A stretch of DNA of 64,000 nt from NCBI GenBank assembly GCA_039683575.1, contig JBDKRC010000245.1, forward strand, positions 1 through 64,000, given 5' to 3'. How positions within the stretch are numbered: position 1 is the stretch's first letter; the number at the start of each line of letters is the position of its first letter. Both the position numbers and the translations under genes were made by a program. Source of the stretch: Armatimonadia bacterium. GTDB lineage: Bacteria > Armatimonadota > Zipacnadia > Zipacnadales > UBA11051. Shown here in pieces: positions 38,382 through 47,410 of this stretch. Below the pieces are notes generated by a model, which saw only the letters and a program-made list of their open reading frames with translations, was not told the origin of the DNA and did not search any database.

Positions 38382-41300
38382 ATGCTTACCAGGTTCGCGA
38401 TTAACCGCCGTGTGACCATCTCCATGTTCATCCTTGGACTGGTCATCATGGGTCTAGTTGGCCTCTCCAAGATGCCGTGGGACCTTAACCCCAAGGTTGA
38501 CTTCCCGATGGTCTCGGTGACGGTTCCATATCCCGGTGCCAGTCCCCAGGAGATCGAGCAACGGATCGTACGCACTCTGGAAGACCAGGTCAGCGTCATC
38601 AACGGCGTCGATCAGGTGACTTCCCAATGCCAGGAAAACATCGGCGTAGTCAGCATCCGATTCCGCTATGGCACCGACGTGGATGTGGCCGCAGCCGATG
38701 TGCGCGACGCCCTGGACCGTACCAAAGCGGAGTTCCCGGATGATGTTGAGGCCGCCTCCATCTACAAACTCGACATCGGCGCGATGCCCGTCATCACCAT
38801 GGGCATTACCGGCGACAGGCCGCCTCGAGACCTGCGCAAGATGGTGGAAGACACCATAAAGCCTGTACTCGGGCAAGTGCCAGGCGTTGCGGCTGTGACG
38901 ATCTCCGGCGGTGAAGAGCGCGAGATCCAGATTCTGGCCAACAGGGACCGCCTCGACGCTGTCCAGATGTCCATCTCCGACCTCGCGCGAGACCTTGCCA
39001 ACCAGAACCTGGACATCCCCAGCGGCAACATCAAAGCGGGCATCCGCGACTATGCCGTGCGTGCTCTGGGACAGTTCTCCAGCATGGACGAGATCCGGCA
39101 ACTCAGGATAGACACCCCCGTCGGCCTGATCCCCCTGCGCGACATTGCTGAGGTTCTCGATACCGTTGCGGAGCCGTCGACCCTCGCCCGCACCGACGGC
39201 GTGCCCGCGGTGGGTGTGTCGGTACTGAAGCAGTCCGAAGCAAACACTGTCAGCGTCGTCGAAGGAGTGCGGCAGCGCCTCGAGATGCTGCTGGGCACCC
39301 AGGGAAAGCCCGGCAAACTCCCGGGCGACATTAAGGCTGTTGTGTCCTACGATGCTTCTGAACGCGTTAAGGAAGCCATCTATGACGTGCGCGATGCACT
39401 CATGTGGGGCGCGCTGCTGGCGGCGGTGGTGGTGTTCCTTTTCCTGCACAACTTCCGCGGCACAATCATAGTCGCTCTGGCCATCCCGACCTGTATCATG
39501 ATGACGTTCCTGCCGATTGGCCTGGGGCTGGGCTTCACCCTCAACATGATGGTCATGCTCGGCCTGGCCCTCTCGGTGGGTATTCTCGTTGACGACTCGA
39601 TCGTCGTCCTCGAGAACATTGACCGCCACCTGCAGATGGGTGAGCAGCCAGCCACGGCTGCCTACAACGGACGTACCGAGATTGGGGCGGCAGCCGTCGC
39701 GCTCACAAGCGTCGATGTGGTGGTCTACGTTCCTGTAGCCATGATGGGCGGCATCGTTGGTCGCTTCTTCTATTCGTTTGGCATCACCGTTTTCATCTGC
39801 ACAATCTTCTCGCTCTTTGTGGCCTTTACGCTCACCCCAATGTTGGCCTCATGGTGGTACCAGCGCACTGATCGTCGTAAGGGTCACCGCCTTGGCCTCT
39901 GGGCCCGGTTCTTTGCGGCCTTCGATAGCTCTTACGCGGCCTTGGAGCGTGCCTATGTGCGCTTGCTGAAGCCTGCTATCCGGCACCCCTACATCACGGT
40001 CGCAGTCGGCTACGCCTTCCTGATTTTCGTCTTCATAGTCATTGGACCACGCCTCGGTCAGGAGTTCTTCCCGCAGTCCGATGAGGGCCGTCTTTCGGTT
40101 GAGATCGAGACAGCCGTCGGTACGCGCCTTGAGGAAACAGACCGCCTCACACGCATCATGGAGCAACGCCTGCTGAACCGTCAGAAGTACCCGGAGGTCA
40201 CCGATCTCGACGTCACTGTCGGTCAGGGCTCCGCAAGTCACTTTGGCACCGGCAACCAGGGCGGCCGCTTCGCCAGCATCTCAGTCACTATGAGCGGCCG
40301 CAAGGAGCGCCTGCACGCCCAACAGAGGTCGGATGTGGCTCTTGCCGAGCAGCTTCGAAAGGACTTCTCCGATATACCGAACGCGACTATCAAGGTGCTC
40401 CCCGCTACCGGCAATGGCCCGGGTAGTGCAGCCTTGGAGTACAACGTTCTCAGCGAAGACGAAGAAGCACTCGATAGGGCGGCAGCGCTGCTCGTAGCCG
40501 AACTCCGCAAGAACCCGAGACTGTTCTATGTAGACATTTCCTCCAAGCCGGGCCGGCCCGAGATACATGCCCGGATCGATCGCCTGCGGTGTGCCGACAT
40601 GGGGTTGACAGTGGCAAAAGTGTCCGCTGCGCTTCGTACTGCCTTTGCTGGCGACACCAGCAGCAAGTATCGCGAAGCCGGCGATGAATACGAGATGCGA
40701 GTGGAGTTCCGGGAGTTTGACCGCTCGCGCGTTCAGGACGTCGGCAACCTCTTTGTTGGCATGTCTGATCGAGACGGCGTCGACCAACCTGTTCGTCTGC
40801 GCGACGTAGCCGATATCACAATGTCTTCAGGCCCAAGCAGAATCGAGCGTTACAACCGCCAGCGCACGGTCACAGTCAGCGCGCAGCCCGTGCCTGGCTA
40901 TGCCTCGGACAAGGCGCAGAAAGACTTCGAGGCCGCCGCGGCCAAGATCGACATCCCCGGAGTGACTTTCGCCTGGACTGGTATGGCGCAGATGATGCGT
41001 GAAAGTTTCGCCTTCATGGGGCAGGCAATGCTGCTCTCGGTCATCTTGGTCTACCTGGTAACTGCCGCACTCTACAACTCAGTACTCGAGCCGTTGAACG
41101 TCATGCTCACGCTGCCGATGGCCCTGGCTGGCGCTTTCCTGGGTCTCTATATCTGCGGCATGAACATGAGCGTGGTGGCGATCATCGGTTTCATTATGCT
41201 AATGGGGATCGTGGGCAAAAACGCAATTCTGGTAGTGGACTACACAAATACGCTCCGTGCGCGTGGTATGACGCGTACTGAGGCGCTTGAGACTGCTGGC

Positions 41301-41597
41301 CCGCACAGAATGCAGCCCATCCTGATGACCACCATGGCCACCATCATGGGCATGATCCCAACTGCCATAGCGCTGAGCGAAGGCTCTGAATGGCGTTCAC
41401 CGATGGCCATCGCCGTGATCTTCGGCCTTGCCCTGTCAACTCTGCTATCGCTGATCGTGGTACCAGCCTCCTACTGCATCTGGGACTCCGTGGGGACCTT
41501 TTGCACGACGTGTGTCGGCGGCCTGATTAGGCGCTTCGGTGGCGAAACCCAGCAGGAGCAGGAGAAGCCCCGGCAAGATGATGGGCGGAAGGAGTAG
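38382..41597 (+). CDS. RND efflux permease (AcrB/HAE1 family)
   Basis: YPGASP, GILVDDSIVVLENI, GIVGKNAILVVD, R-QPILMTT; proton-relay D-D-K intact. Confidence 0.95.
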   Translation: MLTRFAINRRVTISMFILGLVIMGLVGLSKMPWDLNPKVDFPMVSVTVPYPGASPQEIEQRIVRTLEDQVSVINGVDQVTSQCQENIGVVSIRFRYGTDVDVAAADVRDALDRTKAEFPDDVEAASIYKLDIGAMPVITMGITGDRPPRDLRKMVEDTIKPVLGQVPGVAAVTISGGEEREIQILANRDRLDAVQMSISDLARDLANQNLDIPSGNIKAGIRDYAVRALGQFSSMDEIRQLRIDTPVGLIPLRDIAEVLDTVAEPSTLARTDGVPAVGVSVLKQSEANTVSVVEGVRQRLEMLLGTQGKPGKLPGDIKAVVSYDASERVKEAIYDVRDALMWGALLAAVVVFLFLHNFRGTIIVALAIPTCIMMTFLPIGLGLGFTLNMMVMLGLALSVGILVDDSIVVLENIDRHLQMGEQPATAAYNGRTEIGAAAVALTSVDVVVYVPVAMMGGIVGRFFYSFGITVFICTIFSLFVAFTLTPMLASWWYQRTDRRKGHRLGLWARFFAAFDSSYAALERAYVRLLKPAIRHPYITVAVGYAFLIFVFIVIGPRLGQEFFPQSDEGRLSVEIETAVGTRLEETDRLTRIMEQRLLNRQKYPEVTDLDVTVGQGSASHFGTGNQGGRFASISVTMSGRKERLHAQQRSDVALAEQLRKDFSDIPNATIKVLPATGNGPGSAALEYNVLSEDEEALDRAAALLVAELRKNPRLFYVDISSKPGRPEIHARIDRLRCADMGLTVAKVSAALRTAFAGDTSSKYREAGDEYEMRVEFREFDRSRVQDVGNLFVGMSDRDGVDQPVRLRDVADITMSSGPSRIERYNRQRTVTVSAQPVPGYASDKAQKDFEAAAAKIDIPGVTFAWTGMAQMMRESFAFMGQAMLLSVILVYLVTAALYNSVLEPLNVMLTLPMALAGAFLGLYICGMNMSVVAIIGFIMLMGIVGKNAILVVDYTNTLRARGMTRTEALETAGPHRMQPILMTTMATIMGMIPTAIALSEGSEWRSPMAIAVIFGLALSTLLSLIVVPASYCIWDSVGTFCTTCVGGLIRRFGGETQQEQEKPRQDDGRKE

Positions 41598-41599
41598 TC

Positions 41600-41908
41600 A
41601 TGACTGACGACGCAGCCAATACCAAACTCGTCTTCATCATCTGCGACCAGAGCGTCGAGCCGGACGTTATGGATACTCTACAGCAGCAAGGACTGGGGCA
41701 TCACACTTTGTGGGGAGATTGCCAGGGGGCTGGGACTACGGGCATCCGTCAGGGCAATCCCATCTGGCCGGGGCTCAATACAGTCGTTATGGTTGTCATG
41801 GAGGAAACGCAGATAGAGCCCCTGAGGCGGGAGCTTCACGCGCTGCGGGACACCTTCGCGATCACGCCCGGCTTGAAGATGATCATCACGGATGCGGTCA
41901 TGATCTAG
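41600..41908 (+). CDS. PII-like (GlnB-fold) transporter-associated protein, PG0541-like
   Basis: 102 aa; KLVFII...V...L...G..HHT...QGAG.TG.RQG.PIWPG.N pattern; 2 bp after the RND stop, SD AAGGAG. Confidence 0.75.
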   Translation: MTDDAANTKLVFIICDQSVEPDVMDTLQQQGLGHHTLWGDCQGAGTTGIRQGNPIWPGLNTVVMVVMEETQIEPLRRELHALRDTFAITPGLKMIITDAVMI

Positions 41909-42881
41909 CGCCGAAGTGATTCCACCCGCCCGATTGCAGCGCCAACGGCTGGTCATCCTCCCCGGTAACCACAACCTCGCTGCCAGGGACTACCTCTCCG
42001 ACCACCGTCAGAGCAATACCAGCGGCGTCCTGTAACTCCGGCATGGCCTCCGCCGGAGCCGTAAACAGCAGTTCGAAATCCTCGCCACCCGTCAGCGCCC
42101 ATGTGAGCGGGTCTGACCGAAGATCCTGAGCTACCTTTCTTGTCTCCTCTGAGATGGGCACCAGGCCAGCACGTATCGCTATCCCCACGCCACTCCGCTC
42201 ACAGAGATGCCCCGCGTCCTGCACTAACCCGTCACTGACGTCCAGACAAGCCGTGATGGCTCCGAGACTGTTAAGCGCTGCTGCCTGTGCCACACGCGGC
42301 ACAGGAGCCGCATATCGATGCCAGCAGGGAATCCCCTCAAGACCGGCAGACTTCGCGGCAACGGCCGCTGCTGACCCACCCAGGTCCCCGGTCACGGCCA
42401 ATACGTCACCAACGCAAGCTCCGTCGCGGCGCCAGATGTGCTCCCGGCAACGCCCCAGAAGTATGATATCCAACCCCACGTGCTCGTGGGCCGCGATGGT
42501 GTCTCCTCCCAGCAGACATGCCCCGAACCGTTCCGCCTGATCAACTACGCCACGCACCAGGTTCTCCGCCTCCTCCACTTCCATCCTCGGTGGGAGCGCC
42601 GTTGATACAAAAGCAAAGCACGGTTCGGCTCCCATCGCGGCGACATCACTCAGGCACGCCGTCATCGCGCGGGACCCAACCTGATATGGCGTGAGCCAGT
42701 CCAGACGGAAGTGCCGCCCCTCCAGCATGGCGTCGGTAGTCACCGCGAGCCTGTCGCCGGAGGATGTCTCGATGACGGCGCAGTCATCGCCGATCGCCAG
42801 TATTACGTCGGCGCGCGAACAGTGGGTGAAGCGGCGGACGCTGTCTATGAAGCCAAACTCGCCCAGATCGTGCAGGCGCAT
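41898..42881 (-). CDS. thiL: Thiamine-monophosphate kinase
   Basis: GEFGFI, IGDDCA, TTD...HF, LSDVAAMG, GGDT, DVSDGL, GGEDFELL, GWNHF. Confidence 0.95.
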   Translation of the reverse strand: MRLHDLGEFGFIDSVRRFTHCSRADVILAIGDDCAVIETSSGDRLAVTTDAMLEGRHFRLDWLTPYQVGSRAMTACLSDVAAMGAEPCFAFVSTALPPRMEVEEAENLVRGVVDQAERFGACLLGGDTIAAHEHVGLDIILLGRCREHIWRRDGACVGDVLAVTGDLGGSAAAVAAKSAGLEGIPCWHRYAAPVPRVAQAAALNSLGAITACLDVSDGLVQDAGHLCERSGVGIAIRAGLVPISEETRKVAQDLRSDPLTWALTGGEDFELLFTAPAEAMPELQDAAGIALTVVGEVVPGSEVVVTGEDDQPLALQSGGWNHFGARS

Positions 42882-42897
42882 GCGGAAGCCTCCGCTC

Positions 42898-42929
42898 AAA
42901 AACAAAAAGCCCGGACCAAGTCCGGGCTT
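42898..42929 (-). terminator. Intrinsic terminator after the response regulator
   Basis: AAGCCCGGAC-TTG-GTCCGGGCTT followed by TTTGTTTTT on the minus strand. Confidence 0.8.
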
Positions 42930-42949
42930 CAGTGCAATTTCTGCTGGGG

Positions 42950-43360
42950 TTAGACCTCCCAGACGCCTTCTTCCTCAGTATGCGGCTCGTCAAGGCTCTG
43001 GAAGATACGCTCGACGAAAACAAGCAACTCGCGGGGGTTGAAGGGCTTCGTGAGGTAAGAACTCACGCCTGAGGCCCAACCCTTGAAGATATCCGCGTCC
43101 TGCGCCTTGGCGGTCAGCATGATGACCGGGATATTCTGATAGCGCGGGTCGGCTTGGAGGTTCTTGAGTACCTCAAACCCGTCCATGCGTGGCATCATGA
43201 CGTCGAGCACCACCATGTCTGGATTTTCCGTCTTCACCTTCTCGAGGGCTTCTATACCATCATAAGCGGTCAGAATCTCATATCCGGCCCGCTCCAGGTT
43301 CACCTGGACCAACCGGACAATGTGCCGCTCGTCGTCAACCACGAGAATTCGTCTTGCCAT
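42950..43360 (-). CDS. Single-domain response regulator (receiver only)
   Basis: ILVVDDE, LDVMMP (phospho-Asp), LTA, TKPF; no output domain; SD AAGGAGG. Confidence 0.93.
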   Translation of the reverse strand: MARRILVVDDERHIVRLVQVNLERAGYEILTAYDGIEALEKVKTENPDMVVLDVMMPRMDGFEVLKNLQADPRYQNIPVIMLTAKAQDADIFKGWASGVSSYLTKPFNPRELLVFVERIFQSLDEPHTEEEGVWEV

Positions 43361-43494
43361 AGTGTGCAAGCCCTCCTTGGCTAGAGGCGCACTGGTCTGC
43401 TAAAGGTAGGCAGGCGTTCACGGATGCTCGGGGACAGTAGCGCCCGACCATCCCCCGCTACGCCTGAGTTACCATCACGATAGTAACTGCTGCA

Positions 43495-43524
43495 ATTATA
43501 GCAAAGCCTCTCGGGCCTTGTCAA
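43495..43524 (-). promoter_or_regulatory. Consensus sigma70 promoter for the response regulator
   Basis: TTGACA-18 bp-TATAAT with extended TGn. Confidence 0.8.
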
Positions 43525-43638
43525 ACCTGTCAAGTTGCATTGCTGCAATATCTTCCGCCCGGCTCAGGCTCGGCTGTGATGCGGCCCATTCAGCCGCTGC
43601 AACCATGCAAGGCGCCTCCGTATGCTATGCCCTATGCC

Positions 43639-43667
43639 TTGCGAACCTGTGAGCGTTGTGATATACT
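43639..43667 (+). promoter_or_regulatory. Sigma70 promoter for the rpmH operon
   Basis: TTGCGA-17 bp-TATACT with extended TGn; three TATGC repeats just upstream (43621-43637). Confidence 0.65.
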
Positions 43668-43786
43668 ATTTTCCACGCGGCCTGCGGGCAGTGCCTGTAT
43701 GGGCGCGGATTTCGTTCTTGATCACCGGCCAGGTGGTCTATCCCAAAAAAAACTACGCATGAGCGTCAGCTTCAGGGTGGCTTGAG

Positions 43787-43921
43787 ATGAAAAGGACGTT
43801 TCAACCCAAGCGGCGGCCTCGCCTCCGCAAGATGGGCTTCCTCGCAAAGATGGCAACCAAGGCCGGTCGCCGGACGATTGCTCGTCGGCGGGCCAAGGGC
43901 CGCGTGCGGTTGGCCGCGTAG
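43787..43921 (+). CDS. rpmH: 50S ribosomal protein L34
   Basis: Translated by hand: [44 protein letters not shown]; precedes rnpA. Confidence 0.95.
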   Translation: MKRTFQPKRRPRLRKMGFLAKMATKAGRRTIARRRAKGRVRLAA

Positions 43922-43999
43922 GTGCAGCCGGGCTGAACGTCTTTCAGCGTGGTCTGCGGGACAGTCAGCACAGTGGTTGTGAAACCAAGCGGAGCACAT

Positions 44000-44401
44000 G
44001 TGGCACCTTTGCCTGTCGCAAACGAGCGGAGCCGGGAGCTTCTGCCGGCCTCGATCAGCCGGCAGAGCGACTTCAGCCGCATCTACAAGCAGGGCAGGCG
44101 TTACCGCACCAGCCTCTTCACTGCAGTGGTTGTACGTCACGACGACCCTTGTCGTGCTGCCTTCGTCGTAAGCCGCAAAGTGGCCAAACAGGCTGTGCGC
44201 CGCAATCGCATCCGCCGCTGGCTGAGGGAAGCTCTGCGCAGGCTGTTGGCGGGAGCCGAATGTCGAGCGGACATCGTGCTCATCGCTCATCAACCCGCAT
44301 ACAAGGCAGGCTACTGGGCGATATACCGCGAACTCGCCAATATGCTTGGCCGCGCCGGCCTGATAACCCGGGGAGACCCCTCTAAGCAGCAGGAGGGTTA
44401 A
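44000..44401 (+). CDS. rnpA: Ribonuclease P protein component
   Basis: [32 protein letters not shown] (RNR motif); GTG after GGAG. Confidence 0.92.
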   Translation: MAPLPVANERSRELLPASISRQSDFSRIYKQGRRYRTSLFTAVVVRHDDPCRAAFVVSRKVAKQAVRRNRIRRWLREALRRLLAGAECRADIVLIAHQPAYKAGYWAIYRELANMLGRAGLITRGDPSKQQEG

Positions 44402-44403
44402 CA

Positions 44404-44640
44404 GTGGCAAGAGTACTGGTATGGCTGATCAGGCTGTACCAGCGTTTTTCGCGCCTGCTTCCCCCTGCTTGTCGTTTTCGGCCTACCTGCTCCGAGTATG
44501 CTATTGAGGCTATTCAGATCCACGGCGTAGTGAAGGGCGTCGCCATGGCGGCCTGGCGCATTTTGCGTTGTAACCCTTTCTGCCACGGAGGGGATGACCC
44601 GGTGCCGCCGCGGCGCACGAAGTCTGGTTTTCAGCAATAG
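44404..44640 (+). CDS. yidD: Membrane protein insertion efficiency factor YidD
   Basis: [30 protein letters not shown]. Confidence 0.95.
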   Translation: MARVLVWLIRLYQRFSRLLPPACRFRPTCSEYAIEAIQIHGVVKGVAMAAWRILRCNPFCHGGDDPVPPRRTKSGFQQ

Positions 44641-44663
44641 AGAGATATAGGTCTTAACATACA

Positions 44664-46346
44664 ATGAGTCGCATTTTCACAGTGACGGTGCTGCTCCTTA
44701 CCCTCGGGCTGGCATGCCTGCCCTTGGGTGCTAAGGAGCTTCCCTCCCAGCAGGGCCTGCCCTCGGAACTCACGATTGCTCCGCGGCCAGCTCTGGCCGA
44801 GCAATTGGTGACACTGCAGGCTCTCGAGAAGTACATACAGGAGAACCGGCCGCATGGTGGCGGGTTCGTAACCGCGCTGCGGGGCATGTTTGCGCCCTCA
44901 GGAGTTCGAGCCGTTCCGGTGGCACCTGAGGTCCTGCTCAAGACGCCCGCACCCTTTGTTGGCAAACCCGTGAGTGTATCCGGGGTCTATCAGGCAACCG
45001 GCCCCGAGACCGGCAAGTTCTCTCTCGAGACACAGCCTCTGCTCATCTCGCTGCCTGCTAACCTGCCCATGGCAGGCCTCCCCAAGAGTGGCCCGAATGG
45101 GCTCTCCGTCACCGTCGAAGGTATCGTGGAGAGCGGCGCCCTTGGCGTGCAGGTGCGGGCGACCAGCATCAAGCCTTCAGACTGGTTGACGCTGCTGCGG
45201 ATCGGTCGCATCTACGAGCTTATGGGGCAGAAGGAGCAGGCGGAGAAGACGTACGAAAGCGCCTTCCCTGTCGCTCAGGCAGCCCGAAGCCCGTTCGCTG
45301 CTTTCGCCAAGACCAGTGCCGGACGTATTGCCTACGAGTTGCGGAACGTCAATCGGGCTCGCAACCACTACGCCGCAGCCTGGAACCCGCTTACCGGAAC
45401 GACGCCGCAGGGCGAGCCCAAGTACTATACCTGGGTTCCGCTTGAAGACGGCTCAGGCTGGGAGAAGTTGCCCGTATCAAAGGCCATCGGGCCGCCGCTT
45501 GACCGCCTCAACAAGACCGATTTCTGGTACCGGTTCATGGACTTCTTTGTCGAGCTCGCCGGCGGGAGTCGCTGGCTCGGCATAGTCCTGCTCTCGATCA
45601 TGAGCCGCGTCATCATCTGGCCGCTCACCAAGAAGCAGCTAGCTTCGGCGGAGGCAATGAAGCGCCTGCAGCCCCAGATCAAGGCTCTCCAGGATCGCTA
45701 CGCAGACGATAAGGCCAAGTTCCAGCAGGAATTCTGGCAGCTATGTCAGGCCAATGGCGTCAACCCACTCGGCGGCTGTCTGCCGATGATTGTGCAGATG
45801 CCTATCCTGATCCTGCTGTGGAAGGGCATCCGTAACTACATCGTTCAGTTTGACGGGTACGGGTTTCTCTGGGTCAAGAACCTGGCAGCGCCCGATATGG
45901 GGCTGCTGGTCGCCTACACCATCAGCATGATCGCGTTCCAGAAGATGACGGCGAAGCTGCAGGCCTCGCCGACGATGACGGCGCAGCAGGCCCAGCAGCA
46001 GCAGATGATGACCTACATGATGCCCCTGATGTTCTTCTTCTTCTTCAGGGACTTCCCCGCGGCATTCCTGCTGTACTGGTTGGCGACAAACATCGTCTAC
46101 TTCATGCAGCAGTACATGTACAGCCGCAGCCTGCCAAAGACCGACGCCGCTGACGGCGAGCCGCTGAGTTCTGACAAGAGCGGCGGGTTCGCCGGCACCA
46201 TGGCGAAAATGATGTCAATGAAGAATGAGGGCGAGGAGCCCCCGGCCGTTGAGAAGAAGAGCTTTCACGAGAAGCAAGCCGCTGACCAGGGCAAGAAGAT
46301 TGCGAAGACGCCTGACAAGAGTAGCGCCAAGCGCGGGCGCAAGTAG
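44664..46346 (+). CDS. yidC: Membrane protein insertase YidC with atypical N-terminal extracytoplasmic region
   Basis: R-IIWPL, MKRLQPQIKALQ, GVNPLGGCLP-IVQMPI, FLWV-NL, LLYW; synteny. Confidence 0.92.
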   Translation: MSRIFTVTVLLLTLGLACLPLGAKELPSQQGLPSELTIAPRPALAEQLVTLQALEKYIQENRPHGGGFVTALRGMFAPSGVRAVPVAPEVLLKTPAPFVGKPVSVSGVYQATGPETGKFSLETQPLLISLPANLPMAGLPKSGPNGLSVTVEGIVESGALGVQVRATSIKPSDWLTLLRIGRIYELMGQKEQAEKTYESAFPVAQAARSPFAAFAKTSAGRIAYELRNVNRARNHYAAAWNPLTGTTPQGEPKYYTWVPLEDGSGWEKLPVSKAIGPPLDRLNKTDFWYRFMDFFVELAGGSRWLGIVLLSIMSRVIIWPLTKKQLASAEAMKRLQPQIKALQDRYADDKAKFQQEFWQLCQANGVNPLGGCLPMIVQMPILILLWKGIRNYIVQFDGYGFLWVKNLAAPDMGLLVAYTISMIAFQKMTAKLQASPTMTAQQAQQQQMMTYMMPLMFFFFFRDFPAAFLLYWLATNIVYFMQQYMYSRSLPKTDAADGEPLSSDKSGGFAGTMAKMMSMKNEGEEPPAVEKKSFHEKQAADQGKKIAKTPDKSSAKRGRK

Positions 46347-46373
46347 CCCCGCTCCAGGTTCTGAAAAGGGAGG

Positions 46374-47132
46374 TTGGCAGTGGACACTGTAGAGACCACT
46401 GGTAAAACCATAGAAGAGGCCAGGGCAGCAGCCCTACAGCAACTCCAGGCGACCGAGGATGAGGTGGAGTTCGAGGTAATCGAAGAGCCCCGCAAGCTGC
46501 TCGGCTTCCTCGGCACGCAGGGCGACTACCATCTCAGGGCTACCCGCAAGGGCACGATGGCCACTGGCGAAGCACCGGTTGAGACCGTACCGGAAGAGCA
46601 GCCGGTGGCAGAGGCCGGTGCGCCCCAGGTGCAGCCGATCAATGACCTCGCATCCACTGGTGCCGGTGCTGTTGAGCAGGTTGTGGCCCAGCGAGCGATC
46701 GAGTTTCTCGCTGAGACAACGAGGCTCATGGGCCTGCACACTGATGTTGTCGTGGTCAACTCCGAACCTGGTGAGATCGAACTTGAGATCCGCGGTGAAG
46801 GCCTCGGTCTGTTGATCGGGCGGCACGGCGCCACACTCGACGCTCTTCAGATGCTCGCGGCAGTAGTGGGCAACACCGGCCTCAGTCAGGGAGCGCGCGT
46901 TGTGGTTGATGCCGAGCAGTATCGGGAACGCCGACGGGAGATGCTGCGCAAGATGGCCTTGCAGCAAGCCGAGAAGGCCAAAGAGTCACAGCAGGAAGTC
47001 GTCATCCCGGATCTCAAAGCCTTCGAGCGGCGTATCGTTCATCTTACGCTTAAGGACGATCCAGACGTGGAGACCTACAGCGAGGGCGAAGGCGACGATC
47101 GCTGCATAGTCATCTCCCCTCGAAATGTATAA
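46374..47132 (+). CDS. jag: RNA-binding protein Jag/EloR (Jag_N, KH, R3H)
   Basis: TGKTIEEA, GLLIGRHGATLDALQ, ERRIVH, SEGEG; TTG start after GGGAGG. Confidence 0.93.
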   Translation: MAVDTVETTGKTIEEARAAALQQLQATEDEVEFEVIEEPRKLLGFLGTQGDYHLRATRKGTMATGEAPVETVPEEQPVAEAGAPQVQPINDLASTGAGAVEQVVAQRAIEFLAETTRLMGLHTDVVVVNSEPGEIELEIRGEGLGLLIGRHGATLDALQMLAAVVGNTGLSQGARVVVDAEQYRERRREMLRKMALQQAEKAKESQQEVVIPDLKAFERRIVHLTLKDDPDVETYSEGEGDDRCIVISPRNV

Positions 47133-47148
47133 CATGGTTGGGGTAAAT

Positions 47149-47187
47149 GAAGCGCCCGGCAGATTTCTGCCGGGCGTTTTTGTTTTT
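47149..47187 (+). terminator. Intrinsic terminator of the rpmH-jag operon
   Basis: GCGCCCGGCAG-ATTT-CTGCCGGGCGT followed by TTTTGTTTTT. Confidence 0.85.
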
Positions 47188-47280
47188 GGGGCTGCGCAAG
47201 TATAGTTTGATGGCGCTGTGTGATTGCAGAAACAAAACGATGTTATGGATCGGCAATCCAGCCTGGAACATGCACCCACG

Positions 47281-47410
47281 AAAGAAATGAAACCCCTGAG
47301 AGTGATCTCAGGGGTTTCTATGACGAAAGGAGAGCGCCGGGGGAGGGAACTGGCGATACCACTCGAGCTCGATAGGATAATACTTGCTCTCAGTATGGGC
47401 GCTCGCCTGT
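47281..47410 (-). ncRNA. Candidate small structured RNA (~130 nt), family not recognised
   Basis: TATAAT at 47422-47417; closing stem AGGcGAGCGCC/GGCGCTCtCCT; terminator hairpin GAAACCCCTGAGA..TCTCAGGGGTTTC with ATTTCTTT tail. Confidence 0.5.

Noticed and set aside
42882-42949. TPP riboswitch upstream of thiL
   Set aside because: No GCUGAGA or AUACCUG motifs; only a terminator is present
43361-43786. oriC upstream of rpmH
   Set aside because: No dnaA, only one imperfect DnaA-box-like 9-mer and no AT-rich unwinding element
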